Source of the DNA: a bacterium
GTDB taxonomy: Bacteria; Patescibacteriota; Andersenbacteria; UBA10190; CAIZMI01
Assembly: GCA_030647555.1 (NCBI GenBank)
Contig: JAUSJG010000013.1
Location: 12,086-76,085 of the forward strand
DNA length: 64,000 nt
Reading direction: 5' to 3'
In this document: in pieces, positions 38,640-48,031 of the stretch
Position numbering within the stretch: position 1 is the stretch's first letter
Layout of the letters: the number at the start of each line of letters is the position of its first letter
Made by a program: the position numbers and the translations under genes
The notes under the pieces: model-generated
What the model was told of the DNA's origin: nothing
Database searches by the model: none
What the model saw: the letters and a program-made list of their open reading frames with translations, nothing else

Positions 38640-38778
38640 AAAACCTTGATTTTGTGTTGCTTTAGTGCTATCTTTAATTAGTTGCTAGAAATGTTTTTTG
38701 GTATTAGAAAAGGAGACGATCTATAAATCAAAGGAGTGCCTGAAGTGATGGAATGTTTCAGAAGTAATTTCAAAAGGG

Positions 38779-38952
38779 ATGATGAAAATGAAAAGCAACA
38801 CAGAGGATCGGAACAGCGAGAAAGAAATTGAATTGAAACGGGACCAAATCAAAGCGAGTTGGTCGCCAGGAAGGAGGTTGGCGAGACGAAGAATCGCCAA
38901 ACAGAGAATTGTTAAACTTGCGACTCACCTCGTTATCTCCGCGAGCTAAAAA
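38779..38952 (+). CDS. Small basic protein (57 aa; MMKMKSNTEDRNSEKEIELKRDQIKASWSPGRRLARRRIAKQRIVKLATHLVISAS), below ORF-track cutoff
   Basis: RBS aaggga 5 nt upstream; intrinsic terminator 38975-39004 downstream. Confidence 0.3.
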
Positions 38953-38974
38953 CTCTCGCAATCCTCTTACACCC

Positions 38975-39004
38975 CGGTGCATCTCGTGCCGGGTTTTTCT
39001 TTTG
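38975..39004 (+). terminator. Intrinsic terminator ccccggtgcatctcgtgccggg + tttttctttt
   Basis: Hairpin with GU wobbles and T-run. Confidence 0.4.
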
Positions 39005-39145
39005 GGGTATTTGGGCGTATTATTGCAAATACTGTGAGTAAGTCCCCTTTAATTAAATACTAATAAGTCGAGCGTATTTCTCGGGGATATTTGCTAACTT
39101 CATCATTCGTCTTCAACCTTTATTCATAAATTATTAATCACGCTT

Positions 39146-41488
39146 ATGAGTATTTTACCAAGAGAAAACGAAGCCTATATAGAAGAGGCCGGCGCGGGCC
39201 AAGTCGATCGTGAATTTTTGTTGGCCAAGGCCGAACAAGGAATTAGAGCTTATTTAACGGAACAAAAGGATAAAGGAAATATTGCAGAAAATTACTACAA
39301 GATTGCTCTGGACGGTGTCTTGCCGAATTTACGCGCTTGGTATTTGGATAATTCATTAGATTTGGCTGATCGAAATTTGCGCAACGGTGTTACAAAAGCG
39401 ATTGAATCGGCCAAATGGGAAGAGCTGGTAAATACTTATATTCGTCGGGCTTCTTTTAGTGCGACCGGTGGATTACGGGCTTTGATGGCGTCCGATAAAG
39501 ACTCGATTTTGGCTTTGCAAAAAGACGGCTTGGAAGCGGATTATTTGAAAGGTCCGGCCACGATTAACGATGTGGTTGTGGCATTGACGGCACTGGGTGC
39601 CGCGCGTTATGGCAAAACCAAAGGTTTTAAAAAATTGATTGTCGGTTGTGATAGTCGGGTGCGTGGTGAAGATTTTGCCTGGTTGGTAGCAAAGGTATTT
39701 TTAGCGCATGACTACGAAGTCTATATTTTTGATGAGCCTTGCATGTATCCAAACATTTGTTATGCCGTGCCGACTCTAAAAGCGGATGTGGGAATATTTA
39801 TTTCCGCCAGTCACAACGATTATCGCTATAACGGTTTCAAAATTACGGCCCCGCATGGCGCTTCGTTAGAAATGACCGTGCGCGACGAAATGTTTGATAA
39901 TTTTATCAATAAAACCGTTCCGGCCGATATTAAATTGGCGGAGTTAAAACAAGTGCCGAAAGAGAAACTTTGGTTTCTTGGTGGTGAAACAACAGAGCAA
40001 GTTTTTGCCGACGGTGAAAATAAAGGCTTTCCAGTTGGAAAACCGCGCGAAGGTATTAACTATCTTGGGCGCGAAGATCAGATTCTCAACATCCACCTCT
40101 TGCACGTTGCACAAGTGAAAAAGTTTATGCAGAATATTGATTTGTTAAAAAATCAAAAAGACAATCCGCGCAGACTTTCCGTCGCCTATAGCGCTAATCA
40201 TGGGTCGGGACGGCGCATTGTGCCCTGGCTTTTGCAAGAAGTGGGCGTGGTTGATCTAAAGGTAATTCATCGTTTCAGTGATTTAAATGGATTGTTCCCG
40301 GCGTTTTGCAGTGATCCTGGTAAGGAACAACAACCCGACCCGGGTGACGATCGTGCGGCAAAAGTCGCGGTCGACGCTTTTAAAGATGAATATCCGGACG
40401 CTTGGAAAGATTTGGATATTTTAATTTCTACCGATCCTGATGCCGATCGTAGCGGATTGGTGGTAAAAGTACCGGAGCATTTGCAGAAATACTATGATGG
40501 AAAAGATTATGTATTATTGCCGGCGGATGACGCGTGGCTATTGGTAATTTGGTATATGTTGGAACAGGAAAAACTTAAATATGGCGCGGTGCGCGACGCG
40601 GAAACAAAATATGTTAGTCTCACGCACACCACCAACGAGATGATTGCGCGGGTGGCACGAAAATATGGACTGGGAGTTGTTTATACTTGGGTGGGTTTTG
40701 TGATGTTGGGAAGTGCCGCTCGCTACGTTTGGGATAATAAGTCCGTACCACCAATCGAAGAGGGTCGCTTGGATGTGAATAATCCAAAGTGTCATTCGTT
40801 TTTCTACAAAGCGACGGATATGGCGACAGGAAAACGCGTCTTTAATGTCGCGGCCGCTGAACAAAGCGCGGGGATGTCGATTTTTGGTGGTGTGCCAAAA
40901 TCGAATCGCGATTTGGGCGAAGGCGGTCATGTGCGTGATAAAGATGGTACTTTTGCGTCGCTCTTATTAACTGAACTGGCGGCATACGCCAAAGATAAAG
41001 GCTTGAATCTCTTGGAGATTATGAACCAGATGTATTTGGATCCGGCGATTGGGATGTTTGTAAATTATTACGAAGCTGATCCGATGGATGGTGCTTATCC
41101 TGGACTTCGTGGTGATACACACAAACGAGATGTTTTGATGTCTGCGATAAAATTGCACGAAGATGTACAGGCCGGTAAACCAGTTGTGTTTGGCGGTATG
41201 CCGGTAAAATCCAGTATCGCATTTTGGACAGGTAAGTATGATAAAGCCAACTGGGTAGGTTTTCCGGATGAAGGTTTGCGTTTCTACTTTGACGATGAAA
41301 AAATGAGTAGCTTCATCTTGCGTCCGTCCGGCACGGCCAATGCCATCCGGTTGCACGTTTTGCTGCAAGAAAAAGGCGAACTCAACGAAGGAAATGTGAA
41401 CGAAAAACGCGTGGCATTACTCAAGAAAGCCAAAGAGATCATCGATGATGTTCGTAATCAGATTGGCGCCTCTAGGGATTTTGTGTAA
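39146..41488 (+). CDS. Phosphohexomutase (phosphoglucomutase/phosphomannomutase family), unusually long (780 aa)
   Basis: Active-site region ISASHNDYRYNGFKI (TASHNP-like), GGLRA motif. Confidence 0.75.
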   Translation: MSILPRENEAYIEEAGAGQVDREFLLAKAEQGIRAYLTEQKDKGNIAENYYKIALDGVLPNLRAWYLDNSLDLADRNLRNGVTKAIESAKWEELVNTYIRRASFSATGGLRALMASDKDSILALQKDGLEADYLKGPATINDVVVALTALGAARYGKTKGFKKLIVGCDSRVRGEDFAWLVAKVFLAHDYEVYIFDEPCMYPNICYAVPTLKADVGIFISASHNDYRYNGFKITAPHGASLEMTVRDEMFDNFINKTVPADIKLAELKQVPKEKLWFLGGETTEQVFADGENKGFPVGKPREGINYLGREDQILNIHLLHVAQVKKFMQNIDLLKNQKDNPRRLSVAYSANHGSGRRIVPWLLQEVGVVDLKVIHRFSDLNGLFPAFCSDPGKEQQPDPGDDRAAKVAVDAFKDEYPDAWKDLDILISTDPDADRSGLVVKVPEHLQKYYDGKDYVLLPADDAWLLVIWYMLEQEKLKYGAVRDAETKYVSLTHTTNEMIARVARKYGLGVVYTWVGFVMLGSAARYVWDNKSVPPIEEGRLDVNNPKCHSFFYKATDMATGKRVFNVAAAEQSAGMSIFGGVPKSNRDLGEGGHVRDKDGTFASLLLTELAAYAKDKGLNLLEIMNQMYLDPAIGMFVNYYEADPMDGAYPGLRGDTHKRDVLMSAIKLHEDVQAGKPVVFGGMPVKSSIAFWTGKYDKANWVGFPDEGLRFYFDDEKMSSFILRPSGTANAIRLHVLLQEKGELNEGNVNEKRVALLKKAKEIIDDVRNQIGASRDFV

Positions 41489-41495
41489 AGCGTTT

Positions 41496-41599
41496 GTCTT
41501 TGCGAGCCATCGACCATTCCTTAGAATGGGCGAGGCGTGGCAATCTCCAAAATATAACTATCACGAGATTGCGTCGGCGCAGATGCGCCTCGCAAAGAC
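41496..41599. repeat. gcgagccatcgacc-family palindromic element (gtctttgcgagccatcgacc ... cctcgcaaagac); copies 61641-61769 and in-frame in uvrC 52702-52799
   Basis: Shared ends and internal ccatcgaccat..gggcgaggcg motif. Confidence 0.6.
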
Positions 41600-41634
41600 G
41601 GATTCCTGCTTTCGGCAGGAATGACACGACGACG

Positions 41635-42636
41635 TTACGAAATCTGCGTAAAGCCCATGCGCGATTTCATCTCGCGTAAATTCTTTTGGGCTACTTCGTT
41701 GGCACGGCGCGCCCCGAGTTGCAAGTTGGCCATCAGAGAAGATTCATTATCCAAAAGCGTGCGTACTTTATTGCGGATTGGGGTTAATTTTTCGATTAAC
41801 ATTTCCGCAATATCGTTTTTGATTACGGCGTAGCCTTTTCCGCCAAATTTAACCATTGTTTCGTCAACACTAAACCCAGAAAAAGCAATGTAAATAGAGA
41901 GGAGGTTTTTTAGAGCTGGCCCGATATTTTCCGGATCAAACGTGGAACCGGAATCCGTGACCGCGGTGCGAATTTTCTTTTGAATTTCGTCTTGGGAGTC
42001 GGTCAAGAAAATCGCGTCGTTAGGGTTGCCGGATTTACTCATCTTTTTTGTCGGGTCCTTGAGCGACATTACGCGCGCCACTTCTTTAATCACGTATGGC
42101 TCGGGAACAGTGAAAAGGTGGTTGTAGGTATTGTTAAAACGTGTTGCGAGGGTGCGGGTTAATTCCAGGTGTTGGATTTGATCATCGCCCACCGGCACGA
42201 GATCAGTTTGGTAAAGCAAAATATCTACTGCCATGAAAACAGGGTAAACAAATAAGCCTGCGCTGACTGATGGTTGGTTCTCACCCTTCTCTTTAAATTG
42301 TGTCATGCGTTGGAGTTCCCCATATTTTGTTTGACAGGCCATAAGCCATGTTGCTTCCGTGTGCGCGGGAACGTGTGATTGCACAAATAAAATACTTTTT
42401 TCCGGATCAATACCGATTGCCAGCAGTGTTGCGGCAGTTGTTAAAACTTTTGTTTTATAACTCGCAACGTCGTATGGCATAGTAATGCCGTGCATGTCGA
42501 CAATCGACCAAAAACAGGTGTTGCTCGATTTTTGCAAATTAACCCATTGTTTTAGTGCACCAAGGTAGTTGCCGATGTGGGGAACACCAGTGGGCTGAAT
42601 TCCCGAAAAAACACGTTTGTTGGAAGGGTATGGCAT
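41635..42636 (-). CDS. trpS: Tryptophan--tRNA ligase
   Basis: HIGN (HIGH) and KMSKS motifs, TrpRS length. Confidence 0.95.
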   Translation of the reverse strand: MPYPSNKRVFSGIQPTGVPHIGNYLGALKQWVNLQKSSNTCFWSIVDMHGITMPYDVASYKTKVLTTAATLLAIGIDPEKSILFVQSHVPAHTEATWLMACQTKYGELQRMTQFKEKGENQPSVSAGLFVYPVFMAVDILLYQTDLVPVGDDQIQHLELTRTLATRFNNTYNHLFTVPEPYVIKEVARVMSLKDPTKKMSKSGNPNDAIFLTDSQDEIQKKIRTAVTDSGSTFDPENIGPALKNLLSIYIAFSGFSVDETMVKFGGKGYAVIKNDIAEMLIEKLTPIRNKVRTLLDNESSLMANLQLGARRANEVAQKNLREMKSRMGFTQIS

Positions 42637-42725
42637 AGGAATAGGATAGCAGGGTACAGGGGTCAGGGTACAGGGGTCACAAAACAGCTCCTGTTTTGCA
42701 GGGGCTGTTTTGTTCTTAATATTTA

Positions 42726-44450
42726 TTATACTTCAATTAATAGTGGAATAATCATTGGACGGCGTTGCGTCTTGTTGAACAAGAATTGTCCTAGATCATC
42801 GCGGAGTTTGGATTTCACATAGGCCTCATTTGGGGGAGTAGGGTTTTGATCCTTACTGCAGGTTTTTTCCATAATCTCCTTGATTTTCTTTTGGGTTTCG
42901 TCGATAAGCGCTTTTTGCTCTTTCATATAAACGAAGCCGCGGGAAACAATATCGGCCTTACCGAGCATTTCACCATTGGCGTGCGCCATCTTGATAATCG
43001 CGACGATAATTCCATCGGAGGCGAGAATTTGACGATCACGTAATACCACATCGGCCAAATCACCGACACCTAATCCATCGACCATAATATAGTTAATTGG
43101 ATAACGTTCTTCCATCACTTTGGCTTCATGCTGACGTACTTCGATTACTTGTCCGTTATCCGGATAAAGAATTCGTTCTTTTGCGACACCAACGTCTTGT
43201 GCTAAACGACCATGTACTTTGCGATGATAGTAATCGCCGTAAGCGGGAACGAAGAATTCCGGTTTTACCATAGCGAGCATTTCTTTCAAATCTTCTTGTT
43301 TGCCGTGACCGCTTGAGTGTACGTCCATCATTTGATTGTGATAGACTTCGGCTCCTTGACGGGAAAGATAATCTTTCAGATGCCCCACGGCCCGTTCGTT
43401 GCCGGGAATAGCGGACGAGGAAAAGATAACAGCATCGCCCTGTTGAATGGCCAGAGTGCGATGTTCTTTGTTAACGATGCGCATTAGTACGGCCTGTTCT
43501 TCGGCTTGCGCGCCGGTGCAGATAATCAAGACCTTGGAAGGCAACATTCCGTTCGTTTCTTCCGAAGAAATAATCGTGCCCTTTGGAACCTCAATATATT
43601 TTAATTCTTGAGCAATTTCTACCGCAGTACGCATGCTGAAACCTTCCACGGCCACTTTACGACCATAATTAACAGCCAGTGTCATTAGTTGTTGAACTCT
43701 CCGAACATTACTGCCGGTTGTCGAGGCAATAATTCTACCTTCCGTCTCTTTGAAAATCTTTTCAAGGGTGTCCATTACCGTTTGTTCCGGAATGGTACCG
43801 CCCGGGACGTTGCTGTTTGTAGAATCGCCAAACATTACCGTTACGCCACGTTTTCCAATTGATTCAATGTGGCCACGCGGTGTTGGCGCGTCGTGCACCG
43901 GATTAGAATCGAATTTCCAATCGCCCGTGATAAACAATGTACCGGAAGGCGTGCGGACAACGAGTCCAATCGCGTCGGGCACACTGTGTTGGGCGTGAAA
44001 TGCTTCGATTTCGAAATTACCTAAACGTAAAACGTCTTCCGCTTTTACTTCTTGCGTAATTGGTTTTGCTTGTGAAGGGAAATCCAAGTGCTTTTTTTGG
44101 ATAAGTTTTGATGTAAAAATGGAACTGTAGACCGGTTGATTACCAATTCTTGGAAGAATGTGCGGTAATGCTCCCATATGGTCTAAGTGGGCGTGGGTAA
44201 TAAATACACCGCGGATATCGCGCTCGCGTCCTCTTAACATTGAAATATCGGGAATGATGTAATCAATACCCGGCATGTCTTCTTCCGGAAACATTAAACC
44301 GGCGTCGACAATAATAATATCGCGTTTGTATTCAATGGCCATACAATTGCGAGCACCAGTTTCATCAAAACCGCCGATTGGGATAACGCGTAAAACGTTG
44401 TCATCACGTAATGGCAATGACGGGCTTTCGACACGGCGAGTTACCAACAT
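42726..44450 (-). CDS. rnj: Ribonuclease J; ORF extends to 44717 giving an 89-aa Pro/Asn/Arg-rich N-terminal extension of uncertain reality
   Basis: Metallo-beta-lactamase HxHxDH (ITHAHLDHMGALP), beta-CASP and C-terminal domain. Confidence 0.85.
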   Translation of the reverse strand: MLVTRRVESPSLPLRDDNVLRVIPIGGFDETGARNCMAIEYKRDIIIVDAGLMFPEEDMPGIDYIIPDISMLRGRERDIRGVFITHAHLDHMGALPHILPRIGNQPVYSSIFTSKLIQKKHLDFPSQAKPITQEVKAEDVLRLGNFEIEAFHAQHSVPDAIGLVVRTPSGTLFITGDWKFDSNPVHDAPTPRGHIESIGKRGVTVMFGDSTNSNVPGGTIPEQTVMDTLEKIFKETEGRIIASTTGSNVRRVQQLMTLAVNYGRKVAVEGFSMRTAVEIAQELKYIEVPKGTIISSEETNGMLPSKVLIICTGAQAEEQAVLMRIVNKEHRTLAIQQGDAVIFSSSAIPGNERAVGHLKDYLSRQGAEVYHNQMMDVHSSGHGKQEDLKEMLAMVKPEFFVPAYGDYYHRKVHGRLAQDVGVAKERILYPDNGQVIEVRQHEAKVMEERYPINYIMVDGLGVGDLADVVLRDRQILASDGIIVAIIKMAHANGEMLGKADIVSRGFVYMKEQKALIDETQKKIKEIMEKTCSKDQNPTPPNEAYVKSKLRDDLGQFLFNKTQRRPMIIPLLIEV

Positions 44451-45263
44451 TGTTGGCCCGCCTTTTTTCTTAAAATTCTTTTCCGGGCGTCGGGAGTTAG
44501 TACGATTTGGTTGTGTGCGGGGGCCGTTGCCGACGGGGGCCGTATTTTGATGTGGTGTCGCATTTTGGCGCACCGGTCCGCGTTGGGTGTGTTGCGGTTT
44601 GTGTGGTCGGTTAAAATTCTTGGGACCACGATTGTCACGATTTTTTTGGGGCACCGGCCCGTTATTTTTCCCTGGAATACTTGGTACTGCTGGGGGTGCG
44701 AAACTTGCTGTAAACATTCTATCTATAAAATAAAAAAATTAATCTGTACAAAACGGTTTTTCGGTGGATGTAAGGCAAAAAATTATCGCCAAACTGATCT
44801 ACCCTAGAAGCAAGGGTGAAACAACTCTAGAGAGCTGTGAGGCAGTGTTACCACGTGCCGTAAGGAATATAAATTCCTTAAGTACTTTGATAGTGTAACA
44901 TGGCGCGATAATTTTGTCAAAAATGATCATTTTTTATTAGTCAGTGAGAAGCTCCGAGACTCGGCGCTTTCGAGCGCCTAGAGTCTCGGAGTTCTTCGAT
45001 TCTTGTGCAAAACGACTCAACAGGATGTTGAATCGTTTTGTGTACATTTTATAGTTTCGCAAAGCGAAACAAATCTCGAGTGCCGAGGGCGGGAGTTGGT
45101 CACAAATAAATTTTCTGACGAAAATTTTTCGCGACCCCCGCTCGCGGTTTTTGCCTTGCCCTGCGGGGCAAACAAAAACATCGCTGCGCGTTTCAAATCC
45201 CCCGCAACACAAGCAGTTGTGTTGCGGTTTAGCACCATTAAAAGGCTCAGAAAAGCCTTTTAA

Positions 45264-45351
45264 TGGTGCCGAGGGCGGGATTTGAACCCGCAAGCCCTTA
45301 CGAGCACTACGACCTGAACGTAGCGTGTTTGCCAATTTCACCACCCCGGCT
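45264..45351 (-). tRNA. tRNA-Leu (anticodon CAG), class II with long variable arm, CCA encoded
   Basis: Manually folded: acceptor GCCGGGG, anticodon loop TTCAGGT, T-loop GGTTCAAATCC, 3' CACCA. Confidence 0.75.
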
Positions 45352-45451
45352 TGCCATATTTTTACTACAGAGTTGGTCTTACGTAAACAAAGGAAAATAA
45401 AATTAGAGATTCTCCTGCGAAAGGAAAATCCCTAATTTTTCCCTATTTTGT

Positions 45452-46462
45452 TTATTGCTTTAAAAGTTTCTTAAATTCTTCCACCATGTCTACCGGGGAC
45501 GGGTTGATGCCTAATTGCAATGCAAGGTTGTATGAGAACCAGTCGCCAATGAGCAGTGTCGAAAAAACTTTCTCTGCTTTTGTGGCGCCTTTGATTTCTA
45601 CGAACGAAACCTTGATACCTTTTTCGGTGAGTAATCGCGCGGTGATTTCCATCCGCTTTAGAATCATTGGTTCGGTTGCTTGGTCACGCAAAATGACGAT
45701 ATGAAAACTGCCGTGAGGCAAAGTCCACCCACACATTTCGTTGTGGTTGAGTTCCGGGAAGAAATTCCAGAAGGCGGGTGTTTTGGCGTTTTCGTTGCAC
45801 TTGATTTTCCAGATGCGGGCTACTGACTTGTATTCATTGCTTGTGTAGATAATCGGTGTGACGGTTTTGAATTCCGGCGCCATTTGTTCGCCAAGGCGCC
45901 GCGCTTCCGCCATTGATTCCGTTAAGTTTTTTGAAACCGCTTCAATTCTTTCTTTTGCATTCGGAACAGCCAATCCTAAACGGGAAAGAAGTGCGGCAAA
46001 AATTCCTATGGTATAACCGGTCGCGCAACGTGGTTGAATGTTGGATGGTGTCGCTGGGATTTTTATAAATGGGATGCCATCGTTTATGCACCGTTTTTCC
46101 AAATCACCACCCGCCGCAATTCCCATCAGTGGCAAACCAAGTTCTTTTGCTTTTTCGTATGCTGAAAGCGTTTCTTCCGTATTGCCGGAAAAAGAACTGG
46201 CGATTACCAGAGTATTTTTGTTTACCCAATGCGGTAAGCCATATGCGCGATGAATATGAATTGATGTTGTAATTATTCCGCTGTCTCGCAGTAGTGCGGC
46301 AAACATCCAAGAGCCACCCATAGCGCACACTAAAACCTTTTCAATTTTCTCGGATGGTGTCCAGGTTGCCACTTGTTCAGCGGACTTTAAACCATCTAAA
46401 TATTGCTGGGGCGAGTCAAGAATGACCTGCTCCATGTTCTCTTTATCTAATGGGTTTGTCAT
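45452..46462 (-). CDS. Bifunctional phosphoglucose/phosphomannose isomerase (SIS domain)
   Basis: Archaeal-type PGI/PMI length and SIS-like CAMGGSW segment. Confidence 0.65.
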   Translation of the reverse strand: MTNPLDKENMEQVILDSPQQYLDGLKSAEQVATWTPSEKIEKVLVCAMGGSWMFAALLRDSGIITTSIHIHRAYGLPHWVNKNTLVIASSFSGNTEETLSAYEKAKELGLPLMGIAAGGDLEKRCINDGIPFIKIPATPSNIQPRCATGYTIGIFAALLSRLGLAVPNAKERIEAVSKNLTESMAEARRLGEQMAPEFKTVTPIIYTSNEYKSVARIWKIKCNENAKTPAFWNFFPELNHNEMCGWTLPHGSFHIVILRDQATEPMILKRMEITARLLTEKGIKVSFVEIKGATKAEKVFSTLLIGDWFSYNLALQLGINPSPVDMVEEFKKLLKQ

Positions 46463-46563
46463 AGTGTTTTTATTTTATGCCTGCTTGACAAAGTTGGCCA
46501 ATGGAATGATAATACAAAGTTCCTTTAAGTTTAATAACCAACCACATTTTCCGGAGAACAAAA

Positions 46564-46911
46564 ATGATTACCGCAGAATTACGCGAATGGCTTTGCGTTA
46601 GTGGTCACATTTTCTTTCACAAGGGGGCGATTCCTGATGCAGGCGCAGATATTTTGGAAATTGCTCAAGCGGCAGAAATCAATGCGCGGGTTTGTTGTCC
46701 GTGTGGTGCCGTTTCTATGATGGAGTTTCCTTTGGGTGAAATCTCTCGAGGTGACGTCTATCCGTTGGTTCGTTGTGAATCAGTGGTTGTGCCGGCTGGG
46801 CAGTATTTTGACGCCGAAGGAGAAAGGTTTGAGGAGGGTAGTACTGCCATACTGGAAGTGCGCAATATTGATACTTTGCTCAGTGCTTTGGAACTGAGCG
46901 AAGAGCCATAA
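46564..46911 (+). CDS. Hypothetical protein (Cys-containing: CCPCG, CES)
   Basis: ORF followed by terminator repeat. Confidence 0.4.
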   Translation: MITAELREWLCVSGHIFFHKGAIPDAGADILEIAQAAEINARVCCPCGAVSMMEFPLGEISRGDVYPLVRCESVVVPAGQYFDAEGERFEEGSTAILEVRNIDTLLSALELSEEP

Positions 46912-46922
46912 AACGTCACATC

Positions 46923-46949
46923 GCGACCACCTCGGCCGCGATTTTTTTA
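46923..46949 (+). terminator. Intrinsic terminator cgcgaccacctcggccgcg + T7 (near-duplicate at 48541-48567)
   Basis: Hairpin and T-run. Confidence 0.55.
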
Positions 46950-46970
46950 TTCGATAATGCGAACCTGTGT

Positions 46971-47012
46971 CCGATCACGGAACGGAGCAACCTTGCTCCG
47001 TTCCGTGATCGG
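46971..47012. repeat. Palindromic element family 1 (ccgatcacggaacggagcaa-cc-ttgctccgttccgtgatcgg); supplies the last ~12 codons and stop of the HepT gene
   Basis: Overlap of palindrome with 3' end of ORF 46975-47439. Confidence 0.65.
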
Positions 47013-47439
47013 TGTTGGTCGCCACTACCTTGCTGATTATTTGCACGAATTGTTCAAGATCTCCCAAATTGTTTTGGAGGTTTTCGTATACTATTTCCGG
47101 ATCAACGTCCAAATAATCGTGGACCAAGACATTGCGGAAACTTTTCGCTTTTGTCAGTTTGACAGCGAGTTCTTCGGACAAGATTCCCGAGTTTGCCAAT
47201 ATTTCAAATTCACTATTTTTTTCGCCGGGCTTTTGTAATTTGTTTTCAATTATTAAATAACGCGCGATATCAACAACGGTCTCCAGTCCTGTTTGGAACA
47301 GGCGTTCCACCGAAAGTTCGTTGCGTTCATCGGCAAAGTATTCGTTTTTCGACAGCGCTTGGTATTTTTTCAGCTTTTCCAGTGTTTCTTCCAGCGAGGA
47401 TAATTTATTGACGACTATTTCTTTAGTTATTTCAGTCAT
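46975..47439 (-). CDS. HepT-like HEPN (DUF86) toxin; C-terminus read through a palindromic element
   Basis: RNVLVHDYLDVDPEIVY Rx4HxY motif. Confidence 0.7.
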   Translation of the reverse strand: MTEITKEIVVNKLSSLEETLEKLKKYQALSKNEYFADERNELSVERLFQTGLETVVDIARYLIIENKLQKPGEKNSEFEILANSGILSEELAVKLTKAKSFRNVLVHDYLDVDPEIVYENLQNNLGDLEQFVQIISKVVATNTDHGTEQGCSVP

Positions 47440-47443
47440 TATA

Positions 47444-47890
47444 TTATGATGCGGTTAAATTGTTTAAGAAAGATTGGTTGTAAAGTTTCAGAAAATCTTT
47501 TTGGTCGTCGTATTCACGTAAAACCGCCATCTCGAATTTTACGCGTTCTCCATGTTCTTTTTCCGCTAGAACAATACCTTCACTGATCACCGCCATCCGC
47601 AAAGCGAGCGGGGCTTGGTTGAGTACGGAAATATCCAGCGCTTCTGTTGGTACATCAAAAATTTTTCCAATTATTTCGTGCGCGATTAAACGCGCGTCAA
47701 ACTGTGTCTGTTTTGAAGCATTGGGATCCAAAAATAAGGCGATGTCGATATCGCTTTCCTCATGTATGTCGCCGGAAACGGCGGAACCGAAAATATAGGC
47801 AAACAAAATCGGAAGGCCGGCCATTTCTTTTTCGGCCAGTTTGTTTAAATCGTCTGTGACAGTAATTTTCTTCGCGCCAAAGCGTTTCAT
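47444..47890 (-). CDS. Nucleotidyltransferase (MNT-type antitoxin)
   Basis: FGSAVSGDIHEESDIDIAL motif; 4-nt gap to HepT. Confidence 0.75.
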   Translation of the reverse strand: MKRFGAKKITVTDDLNKLAEKEMAGLPILFAYIFGSAVSGDIHEESDIDIALFLDPNASKQTQFDARLIAHEIIGKIFDVPTEALDISVLNQAPLALRMAVISEGIVLAEKEHGERVKFEMAVLREYDDQKDFLKLYNQSFLNNLTAS

Positions 47891-47918
47891 CAGTCAAATT
47901 TAGCTTATTAATGCGCTA

Positions 47919-47962
47919 TTGACAAGGAATCAAAAAGGGGGCAAAATAGGGTGTTCTTTAGC
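47919..47962 (+). promoter_or_regulatory. Promoter-leader module TTGACA-17-CAAAAT + agggtgttctttagc
   Basis: Same spacing and motif as other module copies. Confidence 0.4.
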
Positions 47963-48031
47963 TTACCCCACACCCCGTGCAAGCGTGCCGGAAGGGGACT
48001 AGTGGGAACACTTTTTCGGGAGGAATTTGAG

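Noticed and set aside
44937-45344. ORF 44937-45344 (-) and 45003-45263 (+)
   Set aside because: They overlap the tRNA-Leu gene and a cluster of three stable hairpins (44943-44993, 45208-45226, 45228-45266). They are structural or leader RNA region, not coding.
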